This document shows positions 37,943-47,057 of a stretch of DNA of 64,000 bases, one piece after another. The stretch spans positions 294-64,293 of the forward strand of contig CALWEX010000049.1 of assembly GCA_944377425.1 (NCBI GenBank), given 5' to 3'. Numbering within the stretch: the stretch's first letter is position 1; every line of letters begins with the position of its first letter. A program made the translations under genes and the position numbers. Origin of the DNA: an uncultured Clostridia bacterium (GTDB lineage Bacteria > Bacillota > Clostridia > Lachnospirales > Anaerotignaceae). Below the pieces are notes generated by a model, which searched no databases, was not told the origin of the DNA, and saw only the letters and a program-made list of their open reading frames with translations.

Positions 37943-38647
37943 TTAGTTATTTCCCTTTTCTTTTTCCTGCTCTAATATCATTATTCCTCTTAATATATGA
38001 AATCTCATTATTGTACGGGCACCATCGGCGTCACGTCTTTTTATTCTTTCCATTATAGCCTTATGGTCTTCAGCGCCTTCACGGCAGAATTTATCGTCCT
38101 TGCACAATACAAGCATTGTTTGGCCTATAGCAGTAAAAAGTACTGGCATAAGCCTGTCCATAAAATCATTATGAACAGAGTTGGCTATTGAAAGATGGAA
38201 TTTCTGCTCTGCCTTCTGTCTGTCTAATTTGCTTCCGTTTTTAAGTACATTATCAAGGTTTTCGCAGAAAGTACACATGCGCTTTATTTCACTTTCAGTA
38301 GCACGTATAGCAGCAAGATATGCCGCCTCTGGCTCTATAAAAAGACGTATTTCGTTTAAATCTCTTTCGGCAATGCCTTTTTTTGCACAGCTTACAATAC
38401 CAAAGTCATCATTTATGTCATAGTTTTCGTTTACAAATGTGCCGTTACCGCGTTTTATAACAAGAACACCTCTGTCAACAAGCATCCTAACTGCTTCCCT
38501 GAATGTGGTTCTGCTTACGTTTAATTCAGACGAAAAATCCGTTTCATTAGGCAGTCTTGACCCCGGAAGAAATCTTTTCTCCACATTAATCATGGAAAGT
38601 ATCTCATCGGCAACATTTTCCGACAGTACACGGTTTTTCTTAACCAT
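37943..38647 (-). CDS. GntR/FadR family transcriptional regulator
   Basis: wHTH LPNETDFSSELNVSRTTFREAVRML plus an FCD-like C-terminal domain; ATG 38647 behind GGAGGAG. Confidence 0.88.
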   Translation of the reverse strand: MVKKNRVLSENVADEILSMINVEKRFLPGSRLPNETDFSSELNVSRTTFREAVRMLVDRGVLVIKRGNGTFVNENYDINDDFGIVSCAKKGIAERDLNEIRLFIEPEAAYLAAIRATESEIKRMCTFCENLDNVLKNGSKLDRQKAEQKFHLSIANSVHNDFMDRLMPVLFTAIGQTMLVLCKDDKFCREGAEDHKAIMERIKRRDADGARTIMRFHILRGIMILEQEKEKGNN

Positions 38648-38891
38648 AAACAACTCCTCCTCATACAGATTAAAACCATAATACTATAATAAAACATTTT
38701 TTTCAAGCGGACAGACAAATATTATGTTTAAAAAACATCATATCTATAATTTAATGTTGATTTATTAGATAAATATTTAATGCTCTTAGAGCTAAAGTTT
38801 TTGTTGTAATTATTTAAGATAATATCTATACTATAATTGGAATTTTATAACATAAATTTATAATTGATTTTAAAGCGGAGGTTTAACTGAA

Positions 38892-40247
38892 ATGAAAATA
38901 ATAGTTGTTGGCTTTGGAAAAGTAGGCTATGTTCTTGCCGACCAGCTTAACAATGAAGGCCACGACCTTACGGTAATTGATTTAAACGAAAACAGAATGC
39001 AGTATGCCATAAGCCAGCTGGATATTCAGGCAATTACAGGCAACGGCACTAGCTACCGCACACAAATGGAAGCCGGAATACAGGACTCAGACTTACTTAT
39101 AGCCGTTACAGACCATGACGAAATAAACCTTTTAAGCTGTCTTATAGCAAAAAAAGCCGGCAACTGCCACACAATAGCCAGAGTGCGTAACCCGGAATAT
39201 TCCAAAGAAATTAACTTCATTAAAGAAGAACTTGGGCTTTCAATGTCAATTAATCCTGAGCGCGCTGCGGCTATGGAAATAGTGCACCTTATTCAAATAC
39301 CTTCCGCTATGGAGATAGATACTTTTGCAAGAGGCCGTGTAAACCTTATTAAATTCAGAGTGCCTACTGGCTCGCCTATACTTAACATAAAGGTTTCCGA
39401 CAACGCTCTTTTAAAAGACTGTCTTTTATGTGTTGTTCAAAGATACGATAAAAGCATTATTATACCAGATGGAAATACCGTTCTGCGTGAAGGCGATATA
39501 GTTTCTGTTATTGTGCCGCTTAACAAAATATTTAGGTTCTTCTCGTCTATAGGTATTAAAACACGGCCTATAAAAGACGTTTTAATAGTAGGCGGAAGCA
39601 CAATAGCTTATTACCTTGCAGAAACCCTTATTAAATCAAGAATTAACGTAAAAATAATTGAGCAGAAGCAAAGCCGATGCGAGGAGTTAAGTGCTCTTTT
39701 GCCGGAAGCCATGATTATATGCGGTGATGCCTCAAATAGAGGTGTGTTGGATGAAGAAGGCATTAAAAACACCGACGCCTTTGTTTCCCTTACCAACCTT
39801 GATGAGGAAAATATAATGCTCTCTTTATACGCAAACAAAATTTCATCAGCTAAAATAATAACTAAAATAAACAAAATCGATTTTGAGGAAGTTATATCCG
39901 ACATGCCTATAGGCAGTATAATATGCCCTAAAAATATAACAGCTGAAGGCATTATACGGTATGTACGCTCAATGCAGAATTCGTCAGAAGGAAATATGGA
40001 AACCCTCTACCGCATGATGGATAACCGTGTTGAGGCTCTTGAGTTTATTGTGCGCGAAGACAGTGCCGTTACAAATACGCCTCTTATGAACCTTAACCTT
40101 AAAGAAAACCTCCTTATATGCTGTATTAACAGAAATGGACGCATTATAACGCCTTCTGGTAAAGATGTTATATTAAAAGGTGACTCTGTTGTAATAGTTA
40201 CCACAAAACTTGGATTAAATAATATACGAGATATAATAAAGGATTGA
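38892..40247 (+). CDS. trkA: Trk potassium uptake system, NAD-binding subunit
   Basis: 451 aa with two RCK/TrkA-N modules (IIVVGFGKVG, VLIVGGSTIAYYL). Confidence 0.93.
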   Translation: MKIIVVGFGKVGYVLADQLNNEGHDLTVIDLNENRMQYAISQLDIQAITGNGTSYRTQMEAGIQDSDLLIAVTDHDEINLLSCLIAKKAGNCHTIARVRNPEYSKEINFIKEELGLSMSINPERAAAMEIVHLIQIPSAMEIDTFARGRVNLIKFRVPTGSPILNIKVSDNALLKDCLLCVVQRYDKSIIIPDGNTVLREGDIVSVIVPLNKIFRFFSSIGIKTRPIKDVLIVGGSTIAYYLAETLIKSRINVKIIEQKQSRCEELSALLPEAMIICGDASNRGVLDEEGIKNTDAFVSLTNLDEENIMLSLYANKISSAKIITKINKIDFEEVISDMPIGSIICPKNITAEGIIRYVRSMQNSSEGNMETLYRMMDNRVEALEFIVREDSAVTNTPLMNLNLKENLLICCINRNGRIITPSGKDVILKGDSVVIVTTKLGLNNIRDIIKD

Positions 40248-41698
40248 CGGACAAGATTATGAATTATGCTATTATTTTATACACATTGGGGTTTGTAATC
40301 GATTTCAGCGCCGCTTTTATGATACCGCCGTTTTTGGTTGCCATGCTTTACGGCGAAAGTGATGCCAAATATTTTTTGGTCTGCTTTGCTATATGCGTTG
40401 TGCTTGGCGTGCTACTTGGCGGCATTAAGCCTGAAAACAAAAAATTCTATGCCCGTGAAGGGTATATAACAGTAGCTTTAAGCTGGATTATAATAAGCCT
40501 TATAGGCGCTTTGCCTTTTTATTTAAGCGGTTATATACCATCTTATATAGACGCGCTTTTTGAAACTATATCCGGTTTTACAACTACAGGTGCTTCTATA
40601 CTTACAGATGTTGAGGCACTTTCTCATGGAATGCTCTTTTGGCGAAGTTTTACCCACTGGATAGGTGGTATGGGTGTGCTTGTGTTTATACTTGCTATTC
40701 TGCCTTTGGCTGGCGGCGAAAACATGCACCTTATGAAAGCAGAAAGCCCTGGCCCATCTGTAGGCAAGCTTGTGCCTAAGCTCAGAAAAACGGCTTTTTA
40801 TCTTTATGCCATTTACTTTATAATGACTATTGTTGAAATAGTATTGCTTTTAATATTTAAAATGCCGTTATTTGATGCTGTGTGCATATCTATGGGTACA
40901 GCCGGTACAGGTGGTTTCGGTATACTTAATACATCCTTAGGCAGTTATTCACGAGCAATAAAAACTATTGTTACAATATTTATGCTGCTTTTTGGCGTTA
41001 ACTTTAGTTTTTACTTTTTAATTGTAATGCGCAAGTTTAAAGACGCCTTTAAGATGTCTGAAGTACGGTGGTACTTTGCTATATTCGCCTTTGTATCTCT
41101 TGTTATAGCATTTAATGTTACAAGTGTAAGCGGAAGTTTTATAGAAAACCTTTACGAGTCAACTTTCGCCGTTTCCTCAGTAATGACAACAACAGGCTTT
41201 TCTACAGTTGACTTTAATAAATGGCCTGAATTATCCAGAATATTGCTTGTAATTATAATGTTTTCCGGTGCGTGTGCTGGTTCTACAGGCGGCGGAATTA
41301 AAATATCAAGATTAATAATATATTTTAAATCTACACTTAAAGAGCTTTCATCCTTAACTCATCCTCGAAGTGTTAAGGTAATTAATATCGACGGAAAGCC
41401 AGTTGAGCGCTCTGTACTTAACTCAGCAATGATATTTTTAATCGCGTATGTATTTATATACGTAGTATCTGTTGTTATAGTAAGCCTTGATAATTTTGAC
41501 CTTATAACAACATTTACGGCAGTAGCCGCTACATTTAACAATATAGGCCCTGGCCTTGAGCTGGTAGGCCCTACAGGAAACTTTTCTATGTTCTCGCCGC
41601 TTTCAAAAATAGTGCTTATATTTGACATGCTGGCAGGCCGATTGGAAATATTCCCTATGCTTTTGCTCTTCACACCTTCTGTTTGGAAAAAACATTAA
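40244..41698 (+). CDS. trkH: Trk-type potassium uptake membrane subunit
   Basis: Polytopic, with motifs TGFTTTGAS and GGMGV. The start is either TTG 40244 (overlapping the trkA stop) or ATG 40259. Confidence 0.92.
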   Translation: MTDKIMNYAIILYTLGFVIDFSAAFMIPPFLVAMLYGESDAKYFLVCFAICVVLGVLLGGIKPENKKFYAREGYITVALSWIIISLIGALPFYLSGYIPSYIDALFETISGFTTTGASILTDVEALSHGMLFWRSFTHWIGGMGVLVFILAILPLAGGENMHLMKAESPGPSVGKLVPKLRKTAFYLYAIYFIMTIVEIVLLLIFKMPLFDAVCISMGTAGTGGFGILNTSLGSYSRAIKTIVTIFMLLFGVNFSFYFLIVMRKFKDAFKMSEVRWYFAIFAFVSLVIAFNVTSVSGSFIENLYESTFAVSSVMTTTGFSTVDFNKWPELSRILLVIIMFSGACAGSTGGGIKISRLIIYFKSTLKELSSLTHPRSVKVINIDGKPVERSVLNSAMIFLIAYVFIYVVSVVIVSLDNFDLITTFTAVAATFNNIGPGLELVGPTGNFSMFSPLSKIVLIFDMLAGRLEIFPMLLLFTPSVWKKH

Positions 41699-41710
41699 TA
41701 ACAAAAATCA

Positions 41711-41749
41711 AAAACGGTGTTTTCCCTATATTTGGGAAAACACCGTTTT
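41711..41749. terminator. bidirectional terminator
   Basis: AAAACGGTGTTTTCCC / GGGAAAACACCGTTTT, a 16-bp stem. Confidence 0.85.
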
Positions 41750-41774
41750 ATATTGATTTTTATTTGTATTAAGT

Positions 41775-42413
41775 TTATTTGTCGCCGCACCTTGCCTCAA
41801 GCCTGTATATAGGAAAACCTTTGCTGGAGAATTTTTCCTCATACTCGGTCATTATATTATCCTCATAATCGCTGTTATGCAGGTCAAGGCTTATGTTTGA
41901 AAGCTTCCAGTCATTGGCACAGAATTCGTTAAGTGAGAACTCAAAAAGTATTCTGTTGTCTGTTTTAAAGAATATCTCACCTTTTCCACCAAAAAGCTCT
42001 CTGTATTTATCAAGAAACTGTCTGTAAGTAAGACGTCTTTTATACCATTTCTTTTTAGGCCATGGGTCGCAGAAATTAATGTAAAGCCTTTTTATTTCTC
42101 CTGGCTCAAAAAAATCAAGGAGGTTTTCAACATCGCCATGAATAAGGAAAACATTTTCCGCTTCCGGCCCTACATTTCTTGCGGCAGTAGCTACTATTGT
42201 GGACTGTCTTTCAACACCTATAAAGTTTATGTCTTTAAACTTCTGGGCATTCTGCGAAATAAAACGGCCTTTTCCGCAGCCTATCTCAAGATAAATAGGA
42301 TTGTCATTTTTAAAAAGCTCTTTCCACTTTCCTTTATGCTCAGTTGGGTTATGTATAAGGTGTGGGTTATTATCATATTCGGCTACAGTCCACGCTTTTT
42401 TTCTTACTCTCAT
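41775..42413 (-). CDS. trmB: tRNA (guanine46-N7)-methyltransferase
   Basis: 212 aa, SAM motif LEIGCGKGRF, FCDPWPKK. Confidence 0.93.
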   Translation of the reverse strand: MRVRKKAWTVAEYDNNPHLIHNPTEHKGKWKELFKNDNPIYLEIGCGKGRFISQNAQKFKDINFIGVERQSTIVATAARNVGPEAENVFLIHGDVENLLDFFEPGEIKRLYINFCDPWPKKKWYKRRLTYRQFLDKYRELFGGKGEIFFKTDNRILFEFSLNEFCANDWKLSNISLDLHNSDYEDNIMTEYEEKFSSKGFPIYRLEARCGDK

Positions 42414-42515
42414 ATTATTTAATCTCCTCCGGCAGTATCTTTAAAGCGCTATATATTACTTTTTATACGCGATATTACAATAATACTACCCAAAAAGGCT
42501 TAGCACAAGAGAAAG

Positions 42516-43799
42516 TTAAATCAATTTTTTAATCCAGTAGCCAAAAACGCCTCTGCCCTGCTGCTCATTGCAGCGCCAAAAATCTTTAAACCCAAATGAC
42601 GCGGCACTTTTTATATCTTCTCGCCTGAATTTTTCAGGCACAGCCAAAACTATTACCTTTTTGTCAATACTTCTTCCCAGCATTAAATGGCTGTATTTTA
42701 AATCCGAGAGCATTACAAAAGGATTAAGTATCTCATGCTTGTCAACAGGCAAAAGCCATATTTCATCCATACATACCCTTACCCAATCATATGGACTTTC
42801 TTTAAATGGATAAAGCTTTTCGTTGTGGCTAAACAGATAATCAATGCCGTATTTGTCAGTTTTTTCAGATTTTTCATTGCTTTCATCGTTATTTTCTTCC
42901 GTTTTATCAGTGTTTTCTGATTTTGGAATGATTTTTTCATTCTGCTCATTTTGCTCACTTTTTTCGGTTTCTGCTTTTTCTGCTTTTTCCGTTTTTTCAT
43001 TATTTTCTGTATTACATGTATCATTCACAGCATCATTATTGGTTTTTAATGAGTTTTCCTCAGTATTTCCTGTAATGTTAGCCATTTCCTCCGGTGTAAT
43101 AACGCCAGCTTTTTCAAGCTCGTTCATTTGAGTTTTAAAGTTTTCAACTACTTTTTTAAATGTATCATGGGCTCTTGTTTCTTCCTTCAGAGCAGTATAT
43201 TCCTTGTAAATGGCGGAATCATCCACTTTTTCAAATTGAGTATCTGTTGCTTTTTCAGTTTGTCCAGCACTTTCAATAAGCTCATTATTTTTTTCAGTTT
43301 CCGTTACTGTATCAGCAGCAGATAACATGCTATTTTCAGCAGATTTATGCTCAGTTTTATTTGCTTTGGTCATTAATTTTTCATCAGATGGTTTTTCAAC
43401 CTCTGTTTTATTCACCAAAGGTGTACTTGCTCTTTCATAAGTTTTAGAATTGCTGTTGTTTTTTGCCTCTTTTATTCCTTGTTGCTTTTCTTTAAAGCCC
43501 TCAACAAAGCCTTCGTAAAACTCACGCCTGCCATATAAACCCACTGCCGCGCCGCATATTTCTTTTTCTCCGCCGCCGTTTATTTTTTTTGTATTAAATC
43601 CAATAACTTTTTTGTCTGCCTGTCCAATGCTTACATATTCCTTTTGCCCATTATTATTTAATATTATGTATACCTGCCATGCAGGCTTTAAGTTTCTGCC
43701 TATTATTCTTGCCTGAGATATTTCCGCACCTGTATTCAAATAAACCGCAAGAGTTCCGCCTCTTAATGAAACAACGCTTTTCCCTTTTTCAGTATCCAT
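42516..43799 (-). CDS. hypothetical protein with a Glu/Lys/Asn/Thr-rich disordered centre
   Basis: The real start is ATG 43799 (MDTEKGKS) behind GGAGGAG; the tracked ORF adds 53 upstream codons. It has globular N- and C-terminal domains around ~200 low-complexity residues. No family recognised. Confidence 0.7.
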   Translation of the reverse strand: MDTEKGKSVVSLRGGTLAVYLNTGAEISQARIIGRNLKPAWQVYIILNNNGQKEYVSIGQADKKVIGFNTKKINGGGEKEICGAAVGLYGRREFYEGFVEGFKEKQQGIKEAKNNSNSKTYERASTPLVNKTEVEKPSDEKLMTKANKTEHKSAENSMLSAADTVTETEKNNELIESAGQTEKATDTQFEKVDDSAIYKEYTALKEETRAHDTFKKVVENFKTQMNELEKAGVITPEEMANITGNTEENSLKTNNDAVNDTCNTENNEKTEKAEKAETEKSEQNEQNEKIIPKSENTDKTEENNDESNEKSEKTDKYGIDYLFSHNEKLYPFKESPYDWVRVCMDEIWLLPVDKHEILNPFVMLSDLKYSHLMLGRSIDKKVIVLAVPEKFRREDIKSAASFGFKDFWRCNEQQGRGVFGYWIKKLI

Positions 43800-43882
43800 A
43801 TATTTCTCCTCCTGTAACAGATGTAAAATTACGCAAAAGTACCATGTTAAAAATATATGCGCTTTAGCCCGTAATATACCCG

Positions 43883-43912
43883 TTGACAAAAATACAGTTT
43901 CATAATTATAAT
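43883..43912 (+). promoter_or_regulatory. sigma-A type promoter
   Basis: TTGACA (43883-43888), 18 nt spacer, TATAAT (43907-43912). Confidence 0.7.
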
Positions 43913-43948
43913 TAATCAGATAAAAAACAATGAAAAGAGGATAGATAA

Positions 43949-44449
43949 TTGCAGACAATACTTGACTTTTTTATTAACGCGCTTCAAGGCAAAATTTCAA
44001 AAGAGCTTATAGTTTTTATAGTTTCTCTTTTTCCTATTGTTGAGCTCAGAGGCGGAATATTAGCTGGTTATGCAATAGGTGTAGACCTTCTTCCGGCATT
44101 TGTAATAGCTTTTTTAGGCAATATAATACCTATTCCGTTTATACTTCTGCTTATACGCAAAATATTTGAGCTTCTTAAAAAAACACCTATGAAAAATATT
44201 GTTTATAAACTTGAAGAAAAAACAATGGCTAAAAGCGATAAAATACAGAAATATGGCTATTGGGGTCTTTATATTTTTGTTGCTATACCCCTTCCGGGAA
44301 CAGGCGGCTGGACAGGTGCGCTTGCAGCAGCACTTTTGCACATGGACATTAAAAAGGCATTTTTAACAATAGCCGCTGGAGTATTTACGGCAGGCATAAT
44401 TGTATCTATACTGTCATTCGGCCTTTTAAATGCTATAGGAATAGGATAA
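43949..44449 (+). CDS. small multidrug-export-like membrane protein (COG2426 type)
   Basis: 166 aa, 4 TM segments, PIVELRGGI motif; TTG start behind AAGAGGA. Confidence 0.65.
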   Translation: MQTILDFFINALQGKISKELIVFIVSLFPIVELRGGILAGYAIGVDLLPAFVIAFLGNIIPIPFILLLIRKIFELLKKTPMKNIVYKLEEKTMAKSDKIQKYGYWGLYIFVAIPLPGTGGWTGALAAALLHMDIKKAFLTIAAGVFTAGIIVSILSFGLLNAIGIG

Positions 44450-44453
44450 AAAA

Positions 44454-45329
44454 ATGCGTGAGAAAATATCAACACCTTTAAAAACAAAAGAAATAATTGA
44501 AAAATACGGTTTCTATTTTAAAAAGAATTTTGGCCAGAACTTTCTTGTAGACCAAAACGTGCTTAAAAACATAGTTTTAGCTTCCGGCATTACAAAAGAC
44601 GATTTTGTAATGGAAATAGGCCCGGGAATAGGCAGTCTTACACAGTTTTTAGGCGACAGCGCAAAAACTGTATGCGCCATAGAAATAGACAAAAACCTTC
44701 TGCCTATATTAGAGGATACCCTCTCTGGCTACGACAATATACATGTTATAAACAGCGATGTTCTTAAGCTGGATTTAAACGAAATAATAAAGACTTATGG
44801 AAACGGCAGAAAGGCAAAGCTTGCAGCTAACCTGCCTTACTACATTACAACGCCTATTATTATGGAGCTTTTAGAAAAACATGCTGACATTGAGAGCATG
44901 ACTGTTATGGTACAAAAAGAAGTTGCAGACCGTATGCAGGCAAAGCCAGGAACAAAGGATTACGGCGCTCTTTCAGTAGCTGTTCAGTTTTACTGTAACG
45001 CCCACACCGATTTTATAGTACCTCCTTCATGCTTTATGCCAAAGCCTAATGTAGACAGTGCCGTTATAACACTTACACTTAAAGAAAACACAGTAAGTGT
45101 AAAAAACGTGGCTCTTATGTTTAAAATTGTAAAATGCGCTTTTGGACAAAGGCGTAAAACACTTTTAAACGGATTATACAATTTAGGAAACTTTGGTCTT
45201 TCAAAAGATGAATTGACTCAGTCTTTGGAAGAAGCCGGTTTTGACAGCCGTATAAGAGGCGAGGCTTTAAGTGTTGAGCAGTTTGCTCTTTTAGCAGACA
45301 TAATGGAGCAAAAAATAAAAAACAAGTAA
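44454..45329 (+). CDS. rsmA: 16S rRNA (adenine1518/1519-N6)-dimethyltransferase
   Basis: FGQNFL and EIGPGIGSLT motifs. Confidence 0.95.
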   Translation: MREKISTPLKTKEIIEKYGFYFKKNFGQNFLVDQNVLKNIVLASGITKDDFVMEIGPGIGSLTQFLGDSAKTVCAIEIDKNLLPILEDTLSGYDNIHVINSDVLKLDLNEIIKTYGNGRKAKLAANLPYYITTPIIMELLEKHADIESMTVMVQKEVADRMQAKPGTKDYGALSVAVQFYCNAHTDFIVPPSCFMPKPNVDSAVITLTLKENTVSVKNVALMFKIVKCAFGQRRKTLLNGLYNLGNFGLSKDELTQSLEEAGFDSRIRGEALSVEQFALLADIMEQKIKNK

Positions 45330-45337
45330 TTAAAATT

Positions 45338-45364
45338 TTAGAAAAGTTAGAAAAATTAGAAAAG
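45338..45364 (+). repeat. three tandem TTAGAAAA(G/A) units with a 9-bp period
   Basis: TTAG at 45338, 45347 and 45356, between the rsmA stop and the terminator stem. Confidence 0.85.
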
Positions 45365-45391
45365 ACGAAAATTTGTTTTTCGTCTTTTTTT
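45364..45391 (+). terminator. rho-independent terminator after rsmA
   Basis: GACGAAAA / TTTTCGTC stem followed by TTTTTTT. Confidence 0.85.
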
Positions 45392-45510
45392 GTGCAATAA
45401 ATAACTATACATATATTGCATATATTAAACGTTTCTTAAAGTAATTGTTAGAGCGGGTGTTTTATGATATAATTATCTCGATTTTTGTAGTTTAAACAGG
45501 AGGATTGAAA

Positions 45511-46392
45511 ATGGCTAAAATAGCTGTTGTAACAGACAGTAACAGCGGAATTACACAATCAGAAGCCGAAAAACTCGGCATTACCGTTATACCAATGCCT
45601 TTTACTATAAACGGCGAAACTTTTTTTGAGGACATAACACTTACTCAGGAACAGTTTTATGCAAACCTTGAAAATGACGCTCAAATAGGCACATCACAGC
45701 CGGCTATAAGCGATATAACTGATATATGGAACAGACTTCTTGAAGAATATGACGAGATAGTCCACATTCCTATGTCCAGTTCTTTAAGCGGCTCATGCCA
45801 AACAGCCATTATGCTCTCTGATGACTATAACGGCAAAGTGCATGTTGTAAATAACCAAAGAATATCCGTAACACAAAAACAGTCCGTTTTAGACACACTT
45901 GAAATGATTTCAAATGGTATAGACGGCGAAAGAATTAAAAACTACCTTGAAAAAACAAAGCTGGATTCCAGTATATACATAACCCTTGAAACACTTAAAT
46001 ATCTTAAAAAAGGCGGCAGAGTTACGCCTTCTGCGGCAGCACTTGCGTCTCTGTTAAAAATAAAGCCTATACTTCAAATACAGGGTGAAAAGCTGGATTC
46101 ATTCTCTAAAGCACGTACAAAAAAGCTGGCTAAAAAAATAATGCTTAACGCCGTATTAAGTGATATGAAGGAGCGCTTTAACTGCGGTGAAAGTGATGAA
46201 AATGTATTGCTTCATGTAGCTTATAGCGGCACAGACAACTCTGAGGCTCTTGAATTTAAAAAAGAGATACAATCTCAATTTCCTTCTCAAAGTGTTATTA
46301 CCGACCCACTTTCATTAAGCATTGCCTGCCATATAGGTTCCGGCGCGCTTGCTATAGCCTGCACTAAAAAACTAAATTTAAACGATGTATAA
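45511..46392 (+). CDS. DegV family fatty-acid-binding protein
   Basis: MAKIAVVTDSNSG N-terminus; ATG 45511 behind AGGAGG. Confidence 0.9.
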   Translation: MAKIAVVTDSNSGITQSEAEKLGITVIPMPFTINGETFFEDITLTQEQFYANLENDAQIGTSQPAISDITDIWNRLLEEYDEIVHIPMSSSLSGSCQTAIMLSDDYNGKVHVVNNQRISVTQKQSVLDTLEMISNGIDGERIKNYLEKTKLDSSIYITLETLKYLKKGGRVTPSAAALASLLKIKPILQIQGEKLDSFSKARTKKLAKKIMLNAVLSDMKERFNCGESDENVLLHVAYSGTDNSEALEFKKEIQSQFPSQSVITDPLSLSIACHIGSGALAIACTKKLNLNDV

Positions 46393-46396
46393 ACAA

Positions 46397-46439
46397 AAAC
46401 AGCACAAAATTCTTTACTAATAAGAATTTGTGCTGTTTT
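46397..46439. terminator. bidirectional terminator
   Basis: AAACAGCACAAA / TTTGTGCTGTTT stem. Confidence 0.8.
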
Positions 46440-46445
46440 ATTTTA

Positions 46446-47039
46446 TTACTGTTCTGTAATAACGTCTTTCTGTACTGCTTCACAGTCTATATCAACTATT
46501 ACTTCGTCAGTTGAATTATAAACTTTTACATTGCTTACACTTTGCGCCTGAGTGCTGTCGGAATAAGGCACAAATGTTATTTTAGGCGGCTCTATTCTTT
46601 TTGTTAATTTAACATCTGCGCCTGTAGTTGTATCTTTGGCGCTTACAACTACCTTTGCCGCTTCGCTTTTATCTGTAACTGCTACAACGGCACAGTCAAT
46701 GCCATCTACAACGGCACTTGAATTTACAATAACGCTCTCATCTGTACTGTATAATATAGAATCAACATAGTATGAGCCTCTATTGTTATTGCCAAGTATT
46801 GCAAGACCTAAACCTTCTTTTCCGCTTTCATCAGTATAGTTAAAAGCACATACCTTGTTTTGGTCTTTGTTTTCGTATGAAAAAACCGAAATATTATTTA
46901 AACCGGAATTTTCGCTTATAATACTTTCTACTGCGCTTGTTTTGCTTGTACCGCCTAAAAATACAAGTTTAACAAGCACTATGCATATAACACAGGCTAT
47001 TATAAATCCGACAAAAAATTTTTTATCTTTTGGACTCAT
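46446..47039 (-). CDS. hypothetical membrane-anchored extracytoplasmic protein
   Basis: 197 aa with a single N-terminal TM helix; no recognisable family. Confidence 0.6.
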   Translation of the reverse strand: MSPKDKKFFVGFIIACVICIVLVKLVFLGGTSKTSAVESIISENSGLNNISVFSYENKDQNKVCAFNYTDESGKEGLGLAILGNNNRGSYYVDSILYSTDESVIVNSSAVVDGIDCAVVAVTDKSEAAKVVVSAKDTTTGADVKLTKRIEPPKITFVPYSDSTQAQSVSNVKVYNSTDEVIVDIDCEAVQKDVITEQ

Positions 47040-47057
47040 AGCATATCCCTTCCATTT

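Noticed and set aside
38654-38891. Cyclic-di-AMP (ydaO/kimA-type) riboswitch upstream of trkA.
   Set aside because: The region is almost pure AT with no ACGGGGA/CCCG-type conserved segments. It looks like plain promoter DNA.
45338-45364. TTAGAAA arrays (here and at 55376-55440) as a CRISPR array or minisatellite of mobile origin.
   Set aside because: The units are 9-10 bp with no unique spacers and no cas genes, far too short for CRISPR. A resemblance of AATTTTAGAAAAGTT (45334-45348) to the CodY box AATTTTCWGAAAATT needs 3 or more mismatches and was not pursued.
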